The position numbers were made by a program, and so were the translations under genes. Positions 24,735-38,809 of a DNA stretch of 61,263 bases are shown piece after piece. The notes beneath the pieces were generated by a model, which did no database searches, had not been told where the DNA came from, and saw only the letters and a program-made list of their open reading frames with translations. Numbering within the stretch: the stretch's first letter is position 1; each line of letters begins with the position of its first letter. Origin of the DNA: Spongospora subterranea f. sp. subterranea (Eukaryota); NCBI GenBank assembly GCA_049724395.1, contig JAUGWO010000004.1, positions 1 to 61,263 on the forward strand, read 5' to 3'.

Positions 24735-26678
24735 TCACCAGAACTCTTCATTATCGCTTTTGTCGGCTTCTTTTGCAATCCATGGATTCGCTAGGCGCTC
24801 AGCGTCCCATTTTTTTGTTTTTCTATGCCTTTCTTGTCTCCCCGCCTTTGGCTGTTGCGGTTGTTGCTGCTGCTGCTGCTGTGGCTGCGGCTGTGGTTGT
24901 TGCTGTGGTTGATCATTTCGGAAAGACAAGTGAGTCGTCAATGGTTGTGCATATAACTGATCAGAGCTTGTCATCACAAGGGACCGCTGCGGGGATGCAA
25001 TCTCCGGCAAAGTTGCCCTGGAATGAACCGATTCATATTGAGAGCGTTGGTGGATCGATGGAACTGGTTGTAGACGGGCAGAAGATGACAGATGGTTCAT
25101 AAGAGTCGGAGAGCTTTTGATGGCAGATGTCCTTTCATTGCTTAGTCCTGGTGCAGGCCCACCATTTCTCATCACGTCCATTACATTCACTACGATTAGA
25201 CCTAGAACTATGCCCACAACTATTATGATCACGACCAATATTTCTTGCGATATTCCCAGGAATGAATCCGGGGATGCTTTTGAATCTGTAAGGCACTGCA
25301 GGGGCACAGCAGAGTAGTAATCATGATCTGGACAATATTTTCTGAATGAAACTGTCGAGTCTACTTTGCTCTGCGCGGTTAGCTTGTTACTGACTAGACC
25401 GTATTGCAATCGATTTAGTGTTGGATCGCCCGATAACTGGCTTGTTATGGCGATAGGGACGCTCTCAGCCGTGATTTGCGAATGCCTGGAACGGGGCAGT
25501 ATGTCAAAACTGACATAGGTATGGCCTTGATCATCAACGGCAATAGGATTGATGATCCTAGATGAATCAATATACAATGATGTAGATAAGTCGATGACGA
25601 AGTTATTGAGATAGGGTGTCGGATCATCAACGTCCCATACGGCAGGAAACTGGATTTTCACGTGCTGACAGGTAATGGTTTGGCCAGTTGTTTGAACGTC
25701 CATTGACACGATAGGCGAGCAGGTTTGAAGGCCATCGGAAGCAATGACCGTGCTCTGCATAACGGCAGGAAGGCATGAAAGAGACGGTGAGCGAAAGATT
25801 GACCTGGAGATGTGATCAGATAAGTAGTCAATGAGCACATGAAGCCTCCTACACGAAGGTCAGGCGATTTGAGACGAGAGTAGCGGGTGGGATCCACTCT
25901 AACAGGAGGTTATCATCCATATATCTGCATGACACGCAATACACCAGACATGCTGTAGCGTTAGATGGTCTGCATGACACTACGTTACACTACTGACATG
26001 GTTCTTATGATACTGTTGGAAAACACATCAGAGGGCAACGATACGAACCGGTTATTAGTTATTGATCTATGATGTGACAGAATCAGGGTTCTCATTATTA
26101 TCGCGGTTAGACTATTAGACATACAGAGAGGTGAGATTGGTCAGATCAGAGGCCAGATTACTTGGGAGGACGACGATCTGACAACTATCCAACTGTAGCC
26201 GCGACACCCTGGACTGGTACCGAAAGAGACCTGGTGAAAGGCCGAAGGGGAATGAGTTCCTCGAGAGGTCAACACTCTGGAGACCCGTCAAGCAATCAAA
26301 CGTAGTAGGTGGCAAATGAGTGGCATTAATCTAAATGGAAGTAAATAGTATCGGTGATCGAATTATGAGGATGGAGTCTGAATCGCTTACCTGCTGATTT
26401 TTGACGATAAGGGTGGTGATGTCCTTTAACCGGACCTGTCCAAAGGATGGGTTCAAATTAGTGCAGGCACACAGACCGGATAATGAGTCAAACTGTCGTT
26501 GACTTAGGTCAGACGCTTGTATAAAAGTATTGCCATATGCATAGTCTATATTGAGGGCAATATTGCCATTACTGGACGTAATACTACTGGAATAGAATGT
26601 ACAGGGGAACGGGGTTGACATTGCCAGATGTACATTGACAAACAACATTATAGAGACGATTATACAGATGTATCTCAT
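24735..26678 (-). CDS. Leucine-rich-repeat single-pass transmembrane protein with polyQ cytoplasmic tail, multi-exon
   Basis: Signal peptide MRYICIIVSIMLFVNVHLA; LRRs (FDCLTGLQSVDLSRNSF, LQLDSCQIVVLPSNLASDLTNLTSL); TM ILVVIIIVVGIVLGLIVV; QPQQQPQPQPQQQQQQQ tract. Confidence 0.8.
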
Positions 26679-29339
26679 GGCGTTATTGTCCAAAATCTGG
26701 GCCTGGGTTACCCAATACTTGATAAGATAATGCTATTACCCCAAATATATATGAGAAACAATAGTACACTGGGTTGGTGCATTATCTAATATCTCAATCA
26801 ACAGGTACCGTGAAGAATTTCATTGATGCCCTCAGTTAATCAACGCTAGCCCGGATCCTGTAGAAAAATTGGGGGTAAGGTCAATGTCGTCAACAATTGA
26901 CACAATCGTGCGACTCCGACTCTACGGTTCTGCTTGTTATGTGCCACTTTTGATCATCCTGCCAACCTTCTGTCAATATTAGAGTAAATGTGACTAAAGA
27001 AAATAATTACGAATGTATCAATGCATTAGCAGACAATGACGGTTTGCGTAGACAGATCTTCCGCAAACGAGAGGCAGAGCGAAAAAATCGGTCAAAGGAA
27101 TATATTTTCATTCATTCCTAATGTAACTGTTTAATCAATCTAGGAACAATGACCTTGGTCTAGCGAAAACTGCCCATTGGATGAGGTACACACATGAAAG
27201 TGGCACTCCGACCAGCATGAAACTGCAGTTGCAAACTCCAATGGCATGATATTCTTTTAGCTACCGAGAGACCAAACTATAACGTCAACATATGGACAAC
27301 GTGGCATCTGTAGCGGAGCGTCGTTTAGCGATTTCTTGTTCCATTTACCTGTTTTTGCAGCGTGGGCAAAGTGAACGTTTAGGTTTCTTTAGTATTGACG
27401 GAGTTGTGTACTTTTCGACATATTTCTTTCTGTTTAATCTGTTTTGCCTTTGCATTTTAGGTCAATATACATCAGTTTTGATTTTCAAAAAATAAGAGGT
27501 CGTAGTGGTATTGAAGGGTTGATCGGGTTTCAAATCAGTGTAAACACCCGCATCAGAATTTTCAGTGATTTATAGTGTTCTGCATTGTTGTGGTGTAGCC
27601 AGCAATAGTCTTTGTTCAAAATTAATGGCAAACTTCAAAATTAAATTGCTCGCCCGCGAAAGAAGTGTTCTTGAAAGGAAAACTTCGTTGCAATCCAGTT
27701 GCGATCAGCTTTTCGCTATCGTCGGTGGTCATATATTGGGAAGCAAATCGGCCAACTAAGATCTTCAAGCACACCAAGGTCTCGGGCCATACACTTGAAA
27801 TAACACAATCGCTCAAGAAACTAGTCCACTTATCCAAAAACAGGAGCTGTAATAACCGATTGTTGATTGTTGTTGACGAAGTCGGACGAGGCCATTTACA
27901 GCTCTTTTCAACTGCTACCCTATTTCTGTTATCACCGACTATGAAAGCTCGTTGAAAGAATGACGTAATCCTGTTCATCACGCCCATGGGCTTCCTCGTC
28001 ATAATGCAGAACACAGGCAGCTGTGAGAAGGCTTCTGCGATAATCATGACGGTGAAAGGCTCGATGCAAACGGATCGCTCAGAGCATTCCAAGGGTCTAA
28101 CCCGCTCAAGGACGACCAAAAACATGGTAAAGATAAAGCGAGTATGGGTCCTGCCGAGAATGGTTGTGGTTGCCAAAAGAGTCTCGGATCATGGAAGCAT
28201 ATCGACTACATCAGGAACACACTGGGAATGAAGCGGGTACCGAAGAAAATCATTAATTTGGTGCAGCGTTGGTGCTTTGCAACTTGAAGCAAACGACATT
28301 TCCAGTGCGGCGCTGGTGCTTTGCAGCGTGAAACAGTGAGCAATTGAAATCATGGCCTGCACAGGCATCGCAGATTAGTTGCCAACGTTGATAGCTAATC
28401 GCAACACATTTTAACATCAATCAGCGGTGTTGACAACAAAGGATTGCTATCGGTAAGCGTTGCGGCATATCCGATGACAATCAACTTCTGCGAAAATTAA
28501 GAACCGATTGCTTACAATTGATTTCTGTGATGGGACAGTTTAAACTTTAAGATTTCGGCCCAAAATTATATTTTGTTTATTACAGAACCGTGATTGTTCG
28601 ATTGCACTGTATGCAGAACATTGTCGGTGAATATGAAAGCAGTAAAATATAATAACTCGCCAGGCCAACAGTCGTCCTGAATCCTATGGCTTGGACAAAG
28701 AATGGCGTCCCAATGTAGCCGAACTTGACTAGTTGTACGACGCTGGTTTAATTGTTATTCAAGCCTTATTGCCTTTTCCTGGTAACCATGTTGCAATCGA
28801 TGGACGATAATTGTGCAAATTTACCTGCTATAGTTCGATATGCACGACATGTGACTCAGTACTGAGGATTGAGGGCTCGCATCATCGAGTCAATAAGGAT
28901 ACCGAATACATTTCGAGGGTCAAATATTGAAAATAATTACAGGTGCATGGAAGGGCTACAACAGCGAAGATGGACAATCTTTGGATGAGATACGACTTGG
29001 CTGGATGGGCCAAGATGACTGCGGCTGGCTGTTACCTCCCACAGTGGCGCACGTTTCTATGAACAGCTCAGAATGAAGTGTCCCGCGTCCCCAGCCATTA
29101 TTTTCAGTGTCCCCGCTACAGTGTGTTATATACAGTAAGGAGTGGGACCTAGCGCAGCTTTCCATTGCCGGCTGTGGTATATACCAATCAGCCACTGCAG
29201 ACAACCACTGGGGGGAATGCCGAGGTGGGGTCAATGTTGCATGTAATTGCGTACACACTGTGAATGACTTCTATTCGCTATTCACTGTCCCACATTAACC
29301 AATCTCATTTCTGATCAATTCTATTGTTTCCATCGTGCA

Positions 29340-32300
29340 ATGTCGGAGGAGTTACGCCTGAATATCGGCACGGACCAAGGTTCCGATTCTGAAGGAGACG
29401 ATCGCGGAGAATACGAACGAAGTAAAGCGCGCGAAAAAGTGCTACAGGATCAGATACAGGAGCTATCGACCAAAGTGTCGGAAGAGCGCTGTCTGAGGCG
29501 GGCGAAGGTAGACAGCTTTGTATCTGAATATGGAGTTCTTTGTTACGATATCAATGATCATTGTGGGTATGGTTCGGCAAATTGACTATGCTTTCTGAAT
29601 AATTTAGGTCAAGCGTTCAGCCATGTCCCCATCCAATCCGTCGTCTGAGTCTCGGCTTCTAATCGTAGCAAATCGCCTACCAATGTCGCTAAAAAAAGAT
29701 GAGGCTACTCTGGTGTTTGGTCGTTTCAAATGAGCTCTGGTGGCTTAGTATCGGCGCTGCTAGGAATCAAGAATGTCGATATGGTCTGGCTTGGGTGGCC
29801 AGGAGTTCCTGTAGAAAATGAAAAAGACCAAGAGGTTAGCGGTTTGCTTTATCGACGCTGCGACGTCCTCTAATTTCCAAGCACGTGTAGGCGATACATA
29901 ATCTCCTTTCTGCCCAACGATGTCATCCTGTTTTTTTAACCAAACAATTGATTGATTTATATTATCTGGGTTATTCTAATAACGTCCTTTGGCCGTTGTT
30001 CCATTACATTCCTCTTCCAATTGACGACCTGAAAAATTCGGTCAAGATGTTCGAGGCATATGAAGAAGCCAATCAGCTCTTTGCCGATGCATTATTATCT
30101 GTAATGTTAAAGAGTGCAAAATTCATCATTGTGCTAAGCATACTTAGATATATCGTCCTGGTGATTTGGTCTGGGTTCATGATTACCACCTAATGCTTCT
30201 CCCGTCAATGTTACGCTCCGTTCACCAAAAAATGAAAATTGGGTTTTTTCTCCATACGCCGTTCCCTTCGTACTCCGTTATTTTTTTTTAGTTGCGTCGT
30301 GGACTGATTTTTTGTATAGGTCTGAAATATACCGAGCACTGCCCCAACGAGAGGGTAACACTGATTGTTTTTGGAGCTTCCATTTCTAAACAATTCCACT
30401 TTCAGAAATAGTGCATAGTCTGCTATCAAGCGACCTTATAGGTTTCCAAGTTTATGATGATTGCCGGTAACACTGAAGGCATAATTTATATCAGCGATTC
30501 AAATCCTTTAGGCATTTCATGAGTTCATGCACGCGCATCCTTGGCCTCGACACTCCTCCGACTGGGGTTCAATTAGGTCGTGGTCTAGCCGTCATTGGTG
30601 CATTTCCTATCGGCATTGATCCAGACCGATTTACGGTGGATATCCCTGTTAATGTGTGTTTATATTGTAACCTCTTTTATTAGGATGCACTAAACCATCC
30701 TGCTGTTTTGAATCATATCGCCGAATTTAAAGAGCAGTTCAAGGGTATGAAAATAATTGTTGGCATTGATCGACTGGACTATATCAAAGGCATCCCCCAT
30801 AAGATTCACGCAATGGAACAGTTTTTGAGTACGAATCCTCAGTGGTAAACACAAGCATCTCTATCAGTTTGGTGGTATTTATAATACCGGTTAGGGTCGG
30901 CAAGGTGGTGTTGATTCAGATTGCAGTTCCATCTCGGACTGATGTCCCCGAATATCAGGTAAATTACGTATCCAAGATTGCTAAATGTTTGTATCAACTT
31001 GTTGCAGAAACTTGCTAAAGAAACGCATGAGTTTGTCGGAAGAGTGAATGGTCGCTTTGGTTCTATAGTTCACTCGCCAATTCACTACCTTGATCAGTCC
31101 ATTCCATTCGTCAAGGTCAGTTAACCCTTTGATTTATTTAATGTCGATCCTGATTCATTGCAGATGGTTGCTCTTTATTGCGTTGCCGATACTTGTTTAA
31201 TCACCTCATTAAGGGACGGAATGAACTTGGTATCATATGAATATGTGGCATGTCAGACGGCTGTACACGGGGAAGGCGTACTGATTCTAAGCGAGTTTTG
31301 TGGTGCTTCTCAATCCCTTGGTAAGGTTTTAGACCTGAACTGTGTCTGTTAACTCACGCGTGGTCCGTTAGGTGCTGGGTCCTTAAGGATCAATCCATGG
31401 GACATTGAAGAAACTTCCAAGGCTATCCAGTATGCCCTGGAAATGTCATCGAATGAGCGAAAAGTTCTGTAAAACATTCATTCCTCTTCAGCCAATCCCA
31501 CTAAATGATGTCACAGGAATATCATCGTTACGCCATGCAATATGTTTCAGCTCATACTTCTCAACATTGGGCGGATGGTTTTCTTCAAAAGTTGAAACAA
31601 ACTAAAAATGTTGTAACGGTACCACTCGTCCCTAAACGGCTACAAATAGACGATGTTGTACATGCCTTTCAAAGTAAATCATCGTAAGCACTATTGCATC
31701 TCTTTCGCCATAATTATCCCAACTCAGTGATGTTTTAGCAGCCATAGGGTCATTATATTAGGGCTTGTTGGCACTTTAATTCAACGGCGAGCCAGGTTAA
31801 ACCGTCTTGAGCTTAAAGTTGCGCATGTGCTAAAATGCTTTCAGTGGCATGTCATATGATCGATTTCAGCGATTCGCCAAATGCAATCCTAGTGCATTGG
31901 AAGCCATACGAACTTTGGCGGAAGCACCGAATACGACAGTTATCATTCTCACCTCGAGGAACCGTGAAATGTGTGAACATGTTCTTGATGATACCTCAGC
32001 ATGGATTGGAGCTGAAAATGGGTTTTTCCTTAAAAAAGGACGCAATTTGGCATGGGAAACTATTCAGGTTTTGTATGTTAAACTCGACCGACATGTTTTT
32101 GACAATGAGAGTAGGAACCTGTGGATAACACATGGATGGATGAAGTGACAAAAGTCTTTGACTATTTTACTGAGAGAACCCCGAAATCTTTCATCGAAAA
32201 GGTTTGATATTTTGTTTATGGAGTGATTCAGTAGGTCATCGATGATTAGGAGGAAACTTTCATGTCTTGGCATTATGAGGACGCAGATAGGGAATTCTCC

Positions 32301-32889
32301 GAGCTTCAAGCTCGTGATTTGCTTATGCATTTAGTGGGCGCCATCTCTGTCAGAGCCCGCTGTAGTAACTAAGATTGCAAATTTCAGGTCGCTGGGCCTT
32401 TGGTGAATACTTCCACAGAAGTTGTGAATTGCTGCAAATTGCTTCAAGTAAGGCCAGCTGGGGTGTCTAAAGGTATAACGTTCTTCCCAATGGGCATATC
32501 TTTCCGGCTAAAGTTCATCATTCACAGGCATGATGTGTGACCGAATCTTGAACATAGTGCAAGCTCGGAATCCTGATATCGGTTTTGTTTTGTGCATGGG
32601 TGATTTTCTGAGTCGTGATGACGATATTTTTGAAAGCTTATCTTCTGCGGTGGAGCCTGCACAGGTGAGCAAAAAGATCGATGGGCTTCAATTACTCACT
32701 GAAATGAGAAATGCATAGAGTAATAGAATGGACACTCCTCGTAGAATGCCTTCAACTAAGCTACCCAAGTCATGCTATGTCGCTACTGTAAATGTTGGGG
32801 CCAAGGCAGGACAGGCGAAAAAATTCGTTCGAAGCTCCGTCGAGGTTGAGAAAATTATTACGCAATTAGCTGAATGTGCGAATAATTGA
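29340..32889 (+). CDS. TPS1: Trehalose-6-phosphate synthase with C-terminal TPP-like domain, multi-exon
   Basis: RLLIVANRLP, SSGGLVSAL, WLGWPG, YSNNVLWPLFHY, WVHDYHL, GFFLHTPFP, GIDRLDYIKGIP, SLRDGMNLVSYEY, LILSEFCGA, INPWD, IGAENG, ERTPKSFIE. Confidence 0.95.
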
Positions 32890-33080
32890 TTACCTGGCTT
32901 ACGAGATAAAATAAAAGTTGTTTTGCATTGTATTCGCCATTTATTTGAAGCTGGTTGTATTCCTGTTGTTATAAATAGATTGGGACGATGACTGATTAGA
33001 GCGCATAGAGGCGTGACAGAATGGAAATTTCACAGTGCAACAATGCGAGGAATATGTAGGTTCGTATGGCTTGCCCATAT

Positions 33081-34739
33081 TCATGAAGGAGCTGGAACCT
33101 GTTCTGAAGTGACCCATGAAGTGACGTTACAGTCCCAACCAGCGCTCAATAATTGGGCACTATCCGATGCCCAAGTGGCGCACGTCACCATGTCAGTACC
33201 GCCCCGACCTGTAAGACCGCCTTTGATAACCAGCTCACCACTCAGGTTGTACGTATTCAGTGACCCGTCATCGCCAGGAAGAGTTAGCAGCGAGCCATTT
33301 GGAGAAAAGCAGAGACGGTTGACACGAGATCCGCAAGCGATCTCAATCAATGGTTTCTTAACCATTCTGATGTCCCAGACTTGAACTGTGCGGTCTACCA
33401 AACGACGATGAGTATTCGATATGCGCAGTGCTGAAATGCTGTTAACCTTCACTAGAGCTGGCAATCATATCTGCATGGTGTCCACGAGAGAATATCGCTG
33501 ACGTGACCTCGTCCGTATGTCCTCGGAAAATAGAGACAGATTGCGATGCCTGTCTAAGATCCCAAAGGCAAACGATCTCATCTTGTGAAGACGTGAGGAC
33601 AAGGCGAGCCGTAGCGGTTGTACTCAAATTGCAGATGCGTCCAGAATGTCCCTTCAAACGACGAGAAATTGTGGCGGAGCTATCACCTAAACGATCGACG
33701 AACTTCAATTTTCAGGTGAAAATGCAGATGAAAATTGAGAGACGTACCGATATCCCATATAAGACATTGGCCGTCCCATGAGGCGGTGGCAATCTGTGTG
33801 CCATCAAACACCTATTACTCAAGATCAACACAGGGCAAACTGCTACAGCAGATGGACAACAATACCCAATCAGCAGCGGTAACTGGAGCCTCATGGCCAT
33901 TTAACATACAGTCGGCGTCGGATATGGTTAACGCTTTCGATAATGACGGTACCGAGCTGCTGCGCTTCTTATTCTGAATCTCTTCTGCACCATCACCATC
34001 CAACTCCTCAAGATTTTCGACATTTGGCCAAGACATTGACCTGGCGACCATAGGAGACACACTATGTCGGGAGTCAATATCATCTTCATTATTGACACGC
34101 ATTGACGATAGTGAGACACGACGCTGAAAATGACCCGGCTTGACGTTGACAACAGCAGCGGTATTGTCGCCAGACGCAGTCACGATGAACATGAGACTGG
34201 GATGGAATCTGGCCGAGTTAACGGCACCGCCATGTTTGAATATGAACCATTGAGAGCTGTCCTGAAGTTGCCAGATTATGGCGGTGCCATCTACCGATGC
34301 GGTCTGCACGAAGCCGACTTAAAAAAATGTGGATGGGAACTAATCAACGTTGATATTCACCGTTGCCAGGGATGTATCCACAGCGGATGTGCTGATATCC
34401 AATATACCGTCCTGATGCCCGACCAGCTGTTGGTTGGCAATCCACCTCTGCAACTCGGGTTTGGCAGCAGGCTTGAACATATTTTTGAAGCGATGATCAA
34501 TTCGGGATAACCCCAGGGTGCTATTATGAGAATGGCGAGCGCGTCGCCTAATGAGATTCAATATCAGAAGAGACTCCGATACATAATATCGATGTATTTT
34601 CGTATAAATTCCCTTAAATAAAAAAAACGCATTTAATCGTTTAAACGCACCTGAGCAACTGGTTTTCATTGGCAAGTTCAGCAAAGGCATCTGTCAGATC
34701 AGAGAGCAATCGGTCAATACGCCTTTCAATCTCGCTCAT
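33081..34739 (-). CDS. WD40-repeat protein, WDR37-like, multi-exon
   Basis: N-terminal coil MSEIERRIDRLLSDLTDAFAELANENQLL; WD repeats GHQDGILDI, HGGAVNSARFHP...TASGD, GHEAPVTAADW, GHTDEVTSAIF, DRTVQVWDIR, LLSAGWD. Start codon tentative. Confidence 0.8.
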
Positions 34740-35573
34740 CTCTCAAGCGCCCAATGATGCCGAGTGTCCGGCATAAAGAGATGGTCACGATCAATCCAGC
34801 AGGGATATGAAGGGGGTATTGACAAGGGGGCAGGTCACTCCTCATAGCCCATTCCTGCGCTGCCCTGGCTCGTCGGCAAATGGGCCGCGCCCACTCACTA
34901 TGGGCTCCTGCCACAACTGGCCCGCGCCCCGCTGACCAATAATTGAGCCATCAAGGGTGCGTTTGCTGTTCAACCGGCCCCTGTGAACAATCTGGTTAAA
35001 AATGGATTCTGTTTGACTTGATGTCGAGTCCTATCGGGAACAAAGCTCGCAATACGATTGAGTGATTGGCTCACTGATCAAATCACAGACTTCCCACGAT
35101 TGTTACGGCTGAAAATTAGGGACAAATTATGACTGTCACGCCACTGATATTGCTGTTGCCAATGTGAAGGTTCATTCGGATGCAATATAGCTCATTACAT
35201 GCTTGGTTTCAGAACTCTTTCAGCTGGCCTGTTGAGCCAACGCCCTGTACATTAAATGAAAAGATGTATTAACTATCATAAAATCTGTCTGAATTTGCCG
35301 GGCCGGAAATTGATGGCGACCCCCTAAAATGAGAGCAGAAATCCAATGAGTTGGTATTCGGGGTTAGCGGGTAGCGGCGGCAATCCATCCCATCCCAATT
35401 ACATGCTGCCTGGCCAACGCCGCAGTCAGGGCTATCCAGTCCCAGAGTGAACTCTCCGCAACTCGGTTGAGGTTACAGGTTACAAGAGCTCTCAGAGAGG
35501 CCGAGCTTGCTGTCACATATCCCATTACATTCAGGGAGGTGTAATCAACACCTGGTCGGCAAATATCGCCATC

Positions 35574-37289
35574 ATGATGCGCTTTATTCGAGCTACGCGA
35601 GCTAGAAAATTTTCAGCCCAGCCGTCTGCTGATTCAATCCGTGTTGAGTTTACAGTATGTGTTCTGTTTGTCCGGTTTTTGGGGTACAACGCCTTTGTAA
35701 GACTGATCGTATTATTTTGTCAGCCGTTCAAGATGCATAAGGCCGATGCACCAGAAAATCATACCACAACTACCAAAGAGGAGCTACTGCATTATTATTC
35801 CGAGATGCAGTTGATGCGGAGGATGGAAATTGAATGCGACAATTTGTAAATGAGAGTGTTTATCACTGTACGTTCAGCTCATTATGTTTACAATCACAGG
35901 TACAAAAACCGAATGATTCGCGGTTTTTGCCATCTCTACGATGGGCAAGAAGCAGTTGCAATGGGTTTGAATGCAGGTATAAGTAGACATGGCTACGACG
36001 TTTTCATAACAATATCCACTCATTTACTGGTCAGGTCTCAAGAAGGGGGATTACATGATTACAGCATATCGTGACCATCCACACCAATATTTTGCCGGTT
36101 AGTCAAAGTCTTTGACCCATTCGCAAACTTCATCAGATGGTAACGCTTTCGGTTTTTAGGGGATACTGTTGAATCCATAATGGCCGAGCTGCTAGGAAAA
36201 TCGACCGGATGTTCTAAAGGCAAAGGTGGATCCATGCACCTGTATTACCCTTCTGGTGGATTTTTTGGTGGTAATGGAATCGTTGGTGCTCAGGTGTGGA
36301 TTTCAATTTTTCTCCGGTGGTGAATGTTTTAAATCACGATTTAGGTACCAGTTGGCGCTGGTCTAGCATTAGCGGCTTCATATAACAAGACTGGGCAAGT
36401 GGCAGTAGCTATGCAAGTTTTCTATCAAATCAATTGTTTTTCTCTCTGATCTCTGTCTATCTACAGGTATGGAGATGGAGCATCCAATCAAGGACAAATA
36501 TTTGAGGCTGCCAACATTGCTGCATTGTGGAAGTTGCCCATTATTTTCTTATGCGAAAACAACGAATACGGGTTGGGGGAAGATTTACAAAGCCATTTTT
36601 GTTGAAATTCATGTTGTATTGTTTTCGTAGAATGGGAACGTCAATCAAACGGTCGTCCGCCAACACTCAATTTTATACCCGTGGCGATGTTATACCCGGA
36701 ATTAAAGTTGATGGAATGGATGTATTAGCATCTCGTGAAGGTGTTAAATGGGCTGCTGATTGGTGCCGGAGCGGTAAAGGTACACCTCGACTGCTCTCGT
36801 TTTGTTTTGAATTCATTATCTAAGTGTTCACCTTCCTTCAGGGCCGCTGTTCATGGAAATGAAGACATATCGGTACCATGGGCATTCGATGTCGGATCCT
36901 GGTATATCATACCGAACTCGTGATGAGGTAAGCTCCTGGCCAGCGGAACCATGGCCTTTGTAAATGTCAATTGAAAACACAGGTTAGCGCCATGAGATCT
37001 GAATTCGATTGCATTGCCAAAGTCAAGCAGCTGCTCCTTGAAAATAAGTGGTCAACTGAAGCGGAACTGAAAGCCATTGACAAGAAAAACAGGGCCTGGT
37101 AATTTTAGATGCTGGTTGTAAAAAAACTTGGGTTTTCTGACATTATCTGAAAGTGTTGATGACGCCGTAAAGAAAGCAAAGGAGGCGAAAGAGCTACCGC
37201 CTGAGGAAGTATTCACAGATATCTATGACTTTGGACCCCCAAAGTTCGTGCGATACCCAGATCTATCTAATAGCCAACATTTCCCATAA
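35574..37289 (+). CDS. PDHA1: Pyruvate dehydrogenase E1 alpha subunit, mitochondrial, multi-exon
   Basis: [82 protein letters not shown]-terminus looks like a mitochondrial presequence. Confidence 0.97.
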
Positions 37290-37716
37290 TGGCCACCACA
37301 ATAAATGATGTAGAAGGTTTTTCGATTATAGTGTTGGGTGTAGGAATTCAGGAATTCTCAGCTCACGACATACTTTGAGTTTTTCCGAAATTCTTTCTCG
37401 CAATCACTTAGGTTCAATCACTATACCAGATGGAATCCCAACAGGAAAATGCGACAAAACTTGTTGGGAAGGGGCATGGGCAAAGTCTGAGAAATTGTGT
37501 ACACTGTACAGTAGTCACCGCTCACTTGTATACACTATACACTGAACAGTAAACGCAGCCACTAAATGTACATCAGTGTCAGTGATGGGCACCGTTCTCG
37601 AACGACGGAGTCCGAATTGGCCACGGTCGCCCCTTCTCCTCTCTACTGTACTGTGTTGTCCACTGATTCCCATCCGATCAGACACATCATCTTTTAATTC
37701 CTTGTTTGCTTCAAAT

Positions 37717-38312
37717 ATGGATCAGGATTGGCAACCGGTTGTATTACGGAAGACCCGTACGGCAGGTGTTGGTAAAGCCAAGGCTCAGAAAGAGGATCTG
37801 ACGCATGCCGTCAGGTCTGGAGCTGAGATACAAACTCATAAGAAGTTTGCAGCGGGTATTGATGCATTGGACTTGATCGTTTTTTTGCTTATCATAGCTT
37901 TAGGGTCGAATCGCGCCACAGGAGCTTCCAATGCCAAAGCCCTTGATGCTGAAAACCGAAGACTTTGCCCATAAGGAGATTCCTCATGAATTTAAGGTAA
38001 TCACACGACTTTCTTTTTACGTATTTCCACATTTTCTGAAGATTTGGTTCAGGTAGCCCTTGTTAAGGCGCGACAAGCAAAATCACTTACGCAGAAAGAC
38101 CTCGGAAAGTTGATTAATGAGACCCCCAACGTGAGTTGACATATGATATTTTTATTCATTGGCTTCAACTTGACATCTTTTCAAAGTTAATCTCGCAATA
38201 TGAGAGAGGAACTGTTATTCCAAACGGGGCAATAATCGCCAAACTGAACCGGTCTCTCGGGACAACTCTACCGAAAATTCCCAAGAAAAAGGTCATCAAA
38301 GACGATTCATAA
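37717..38312 (+). CDS. MBF1: Multiprotein bridging factor 1, multi-exon
   Basis: MDQDWQPVVLRK...KKFAAG, ARQAKSLTQKDLGKLINE, YERGTVIPNG; one extra A near 37952 shifts the frame (likely an error). Confidence 0.93.
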
Positions 38313-38482
38313 TGTGTGTAATATATCACTAATGCAAATTCTATCAATCGCAAAATTATTGCCGTGAATTTTCGAATTTAGTTCCCGTCCACATGGTGAT
38401 CAACTCCGATTGATTAGAGGTTATGAGCGGAAATATCGGTCATTGACGCAATGAATCTTCGAAAGATTACGGGCAGCGACAG

Positions 38483-38696
38483 AATGAAGACCTTAATCGG
38501 GTTGTTGGGGCCTGATATATTAACCATCAAAACACGATGTGGCATTGCCACTGTGGTTGCCGGTCTGGTAACTCCATGGGCAGTTTATGTGTATTTTCAG
38601 AGAAGGCCACTTGATGTTAACCCGATGTTTCCCAAATGGGAGTACTATCCCATCTGGCCATTGCTAAAAAGTCAAGATACTCGAGAAGCACGTTAA
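38483..38696 (+). CDS. Hypothetical small single-TM protein
   Basis: Short ORF between MBF1 and the GRK gene with a hydrophobic segment (GIATVVAGLVTPWAVYVYF); no homology recognised. Confidence 0.35.
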
Positions 38697-38809
38697 ACAG
38701 GGCGAAACCTACTAAAACGACTTCGCAACGTAATTTCGGGATAACAAAACCTGCCAGCCAAACAAGAATGATTATTTACGTAATGATTATATGATAAAAT
38801 ACACGATAA

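Noticed and set aside
24646..25102. Cys-rich and Ala/Val-rich + strand ORFs
   Set aside because: Antisense readings of the polyQ microsatellite of the LRR gene.
27622..28176. 184-aa minus-strand ORF
   Set aside because: No recognisable motif or clear gene structure; left uncalled.
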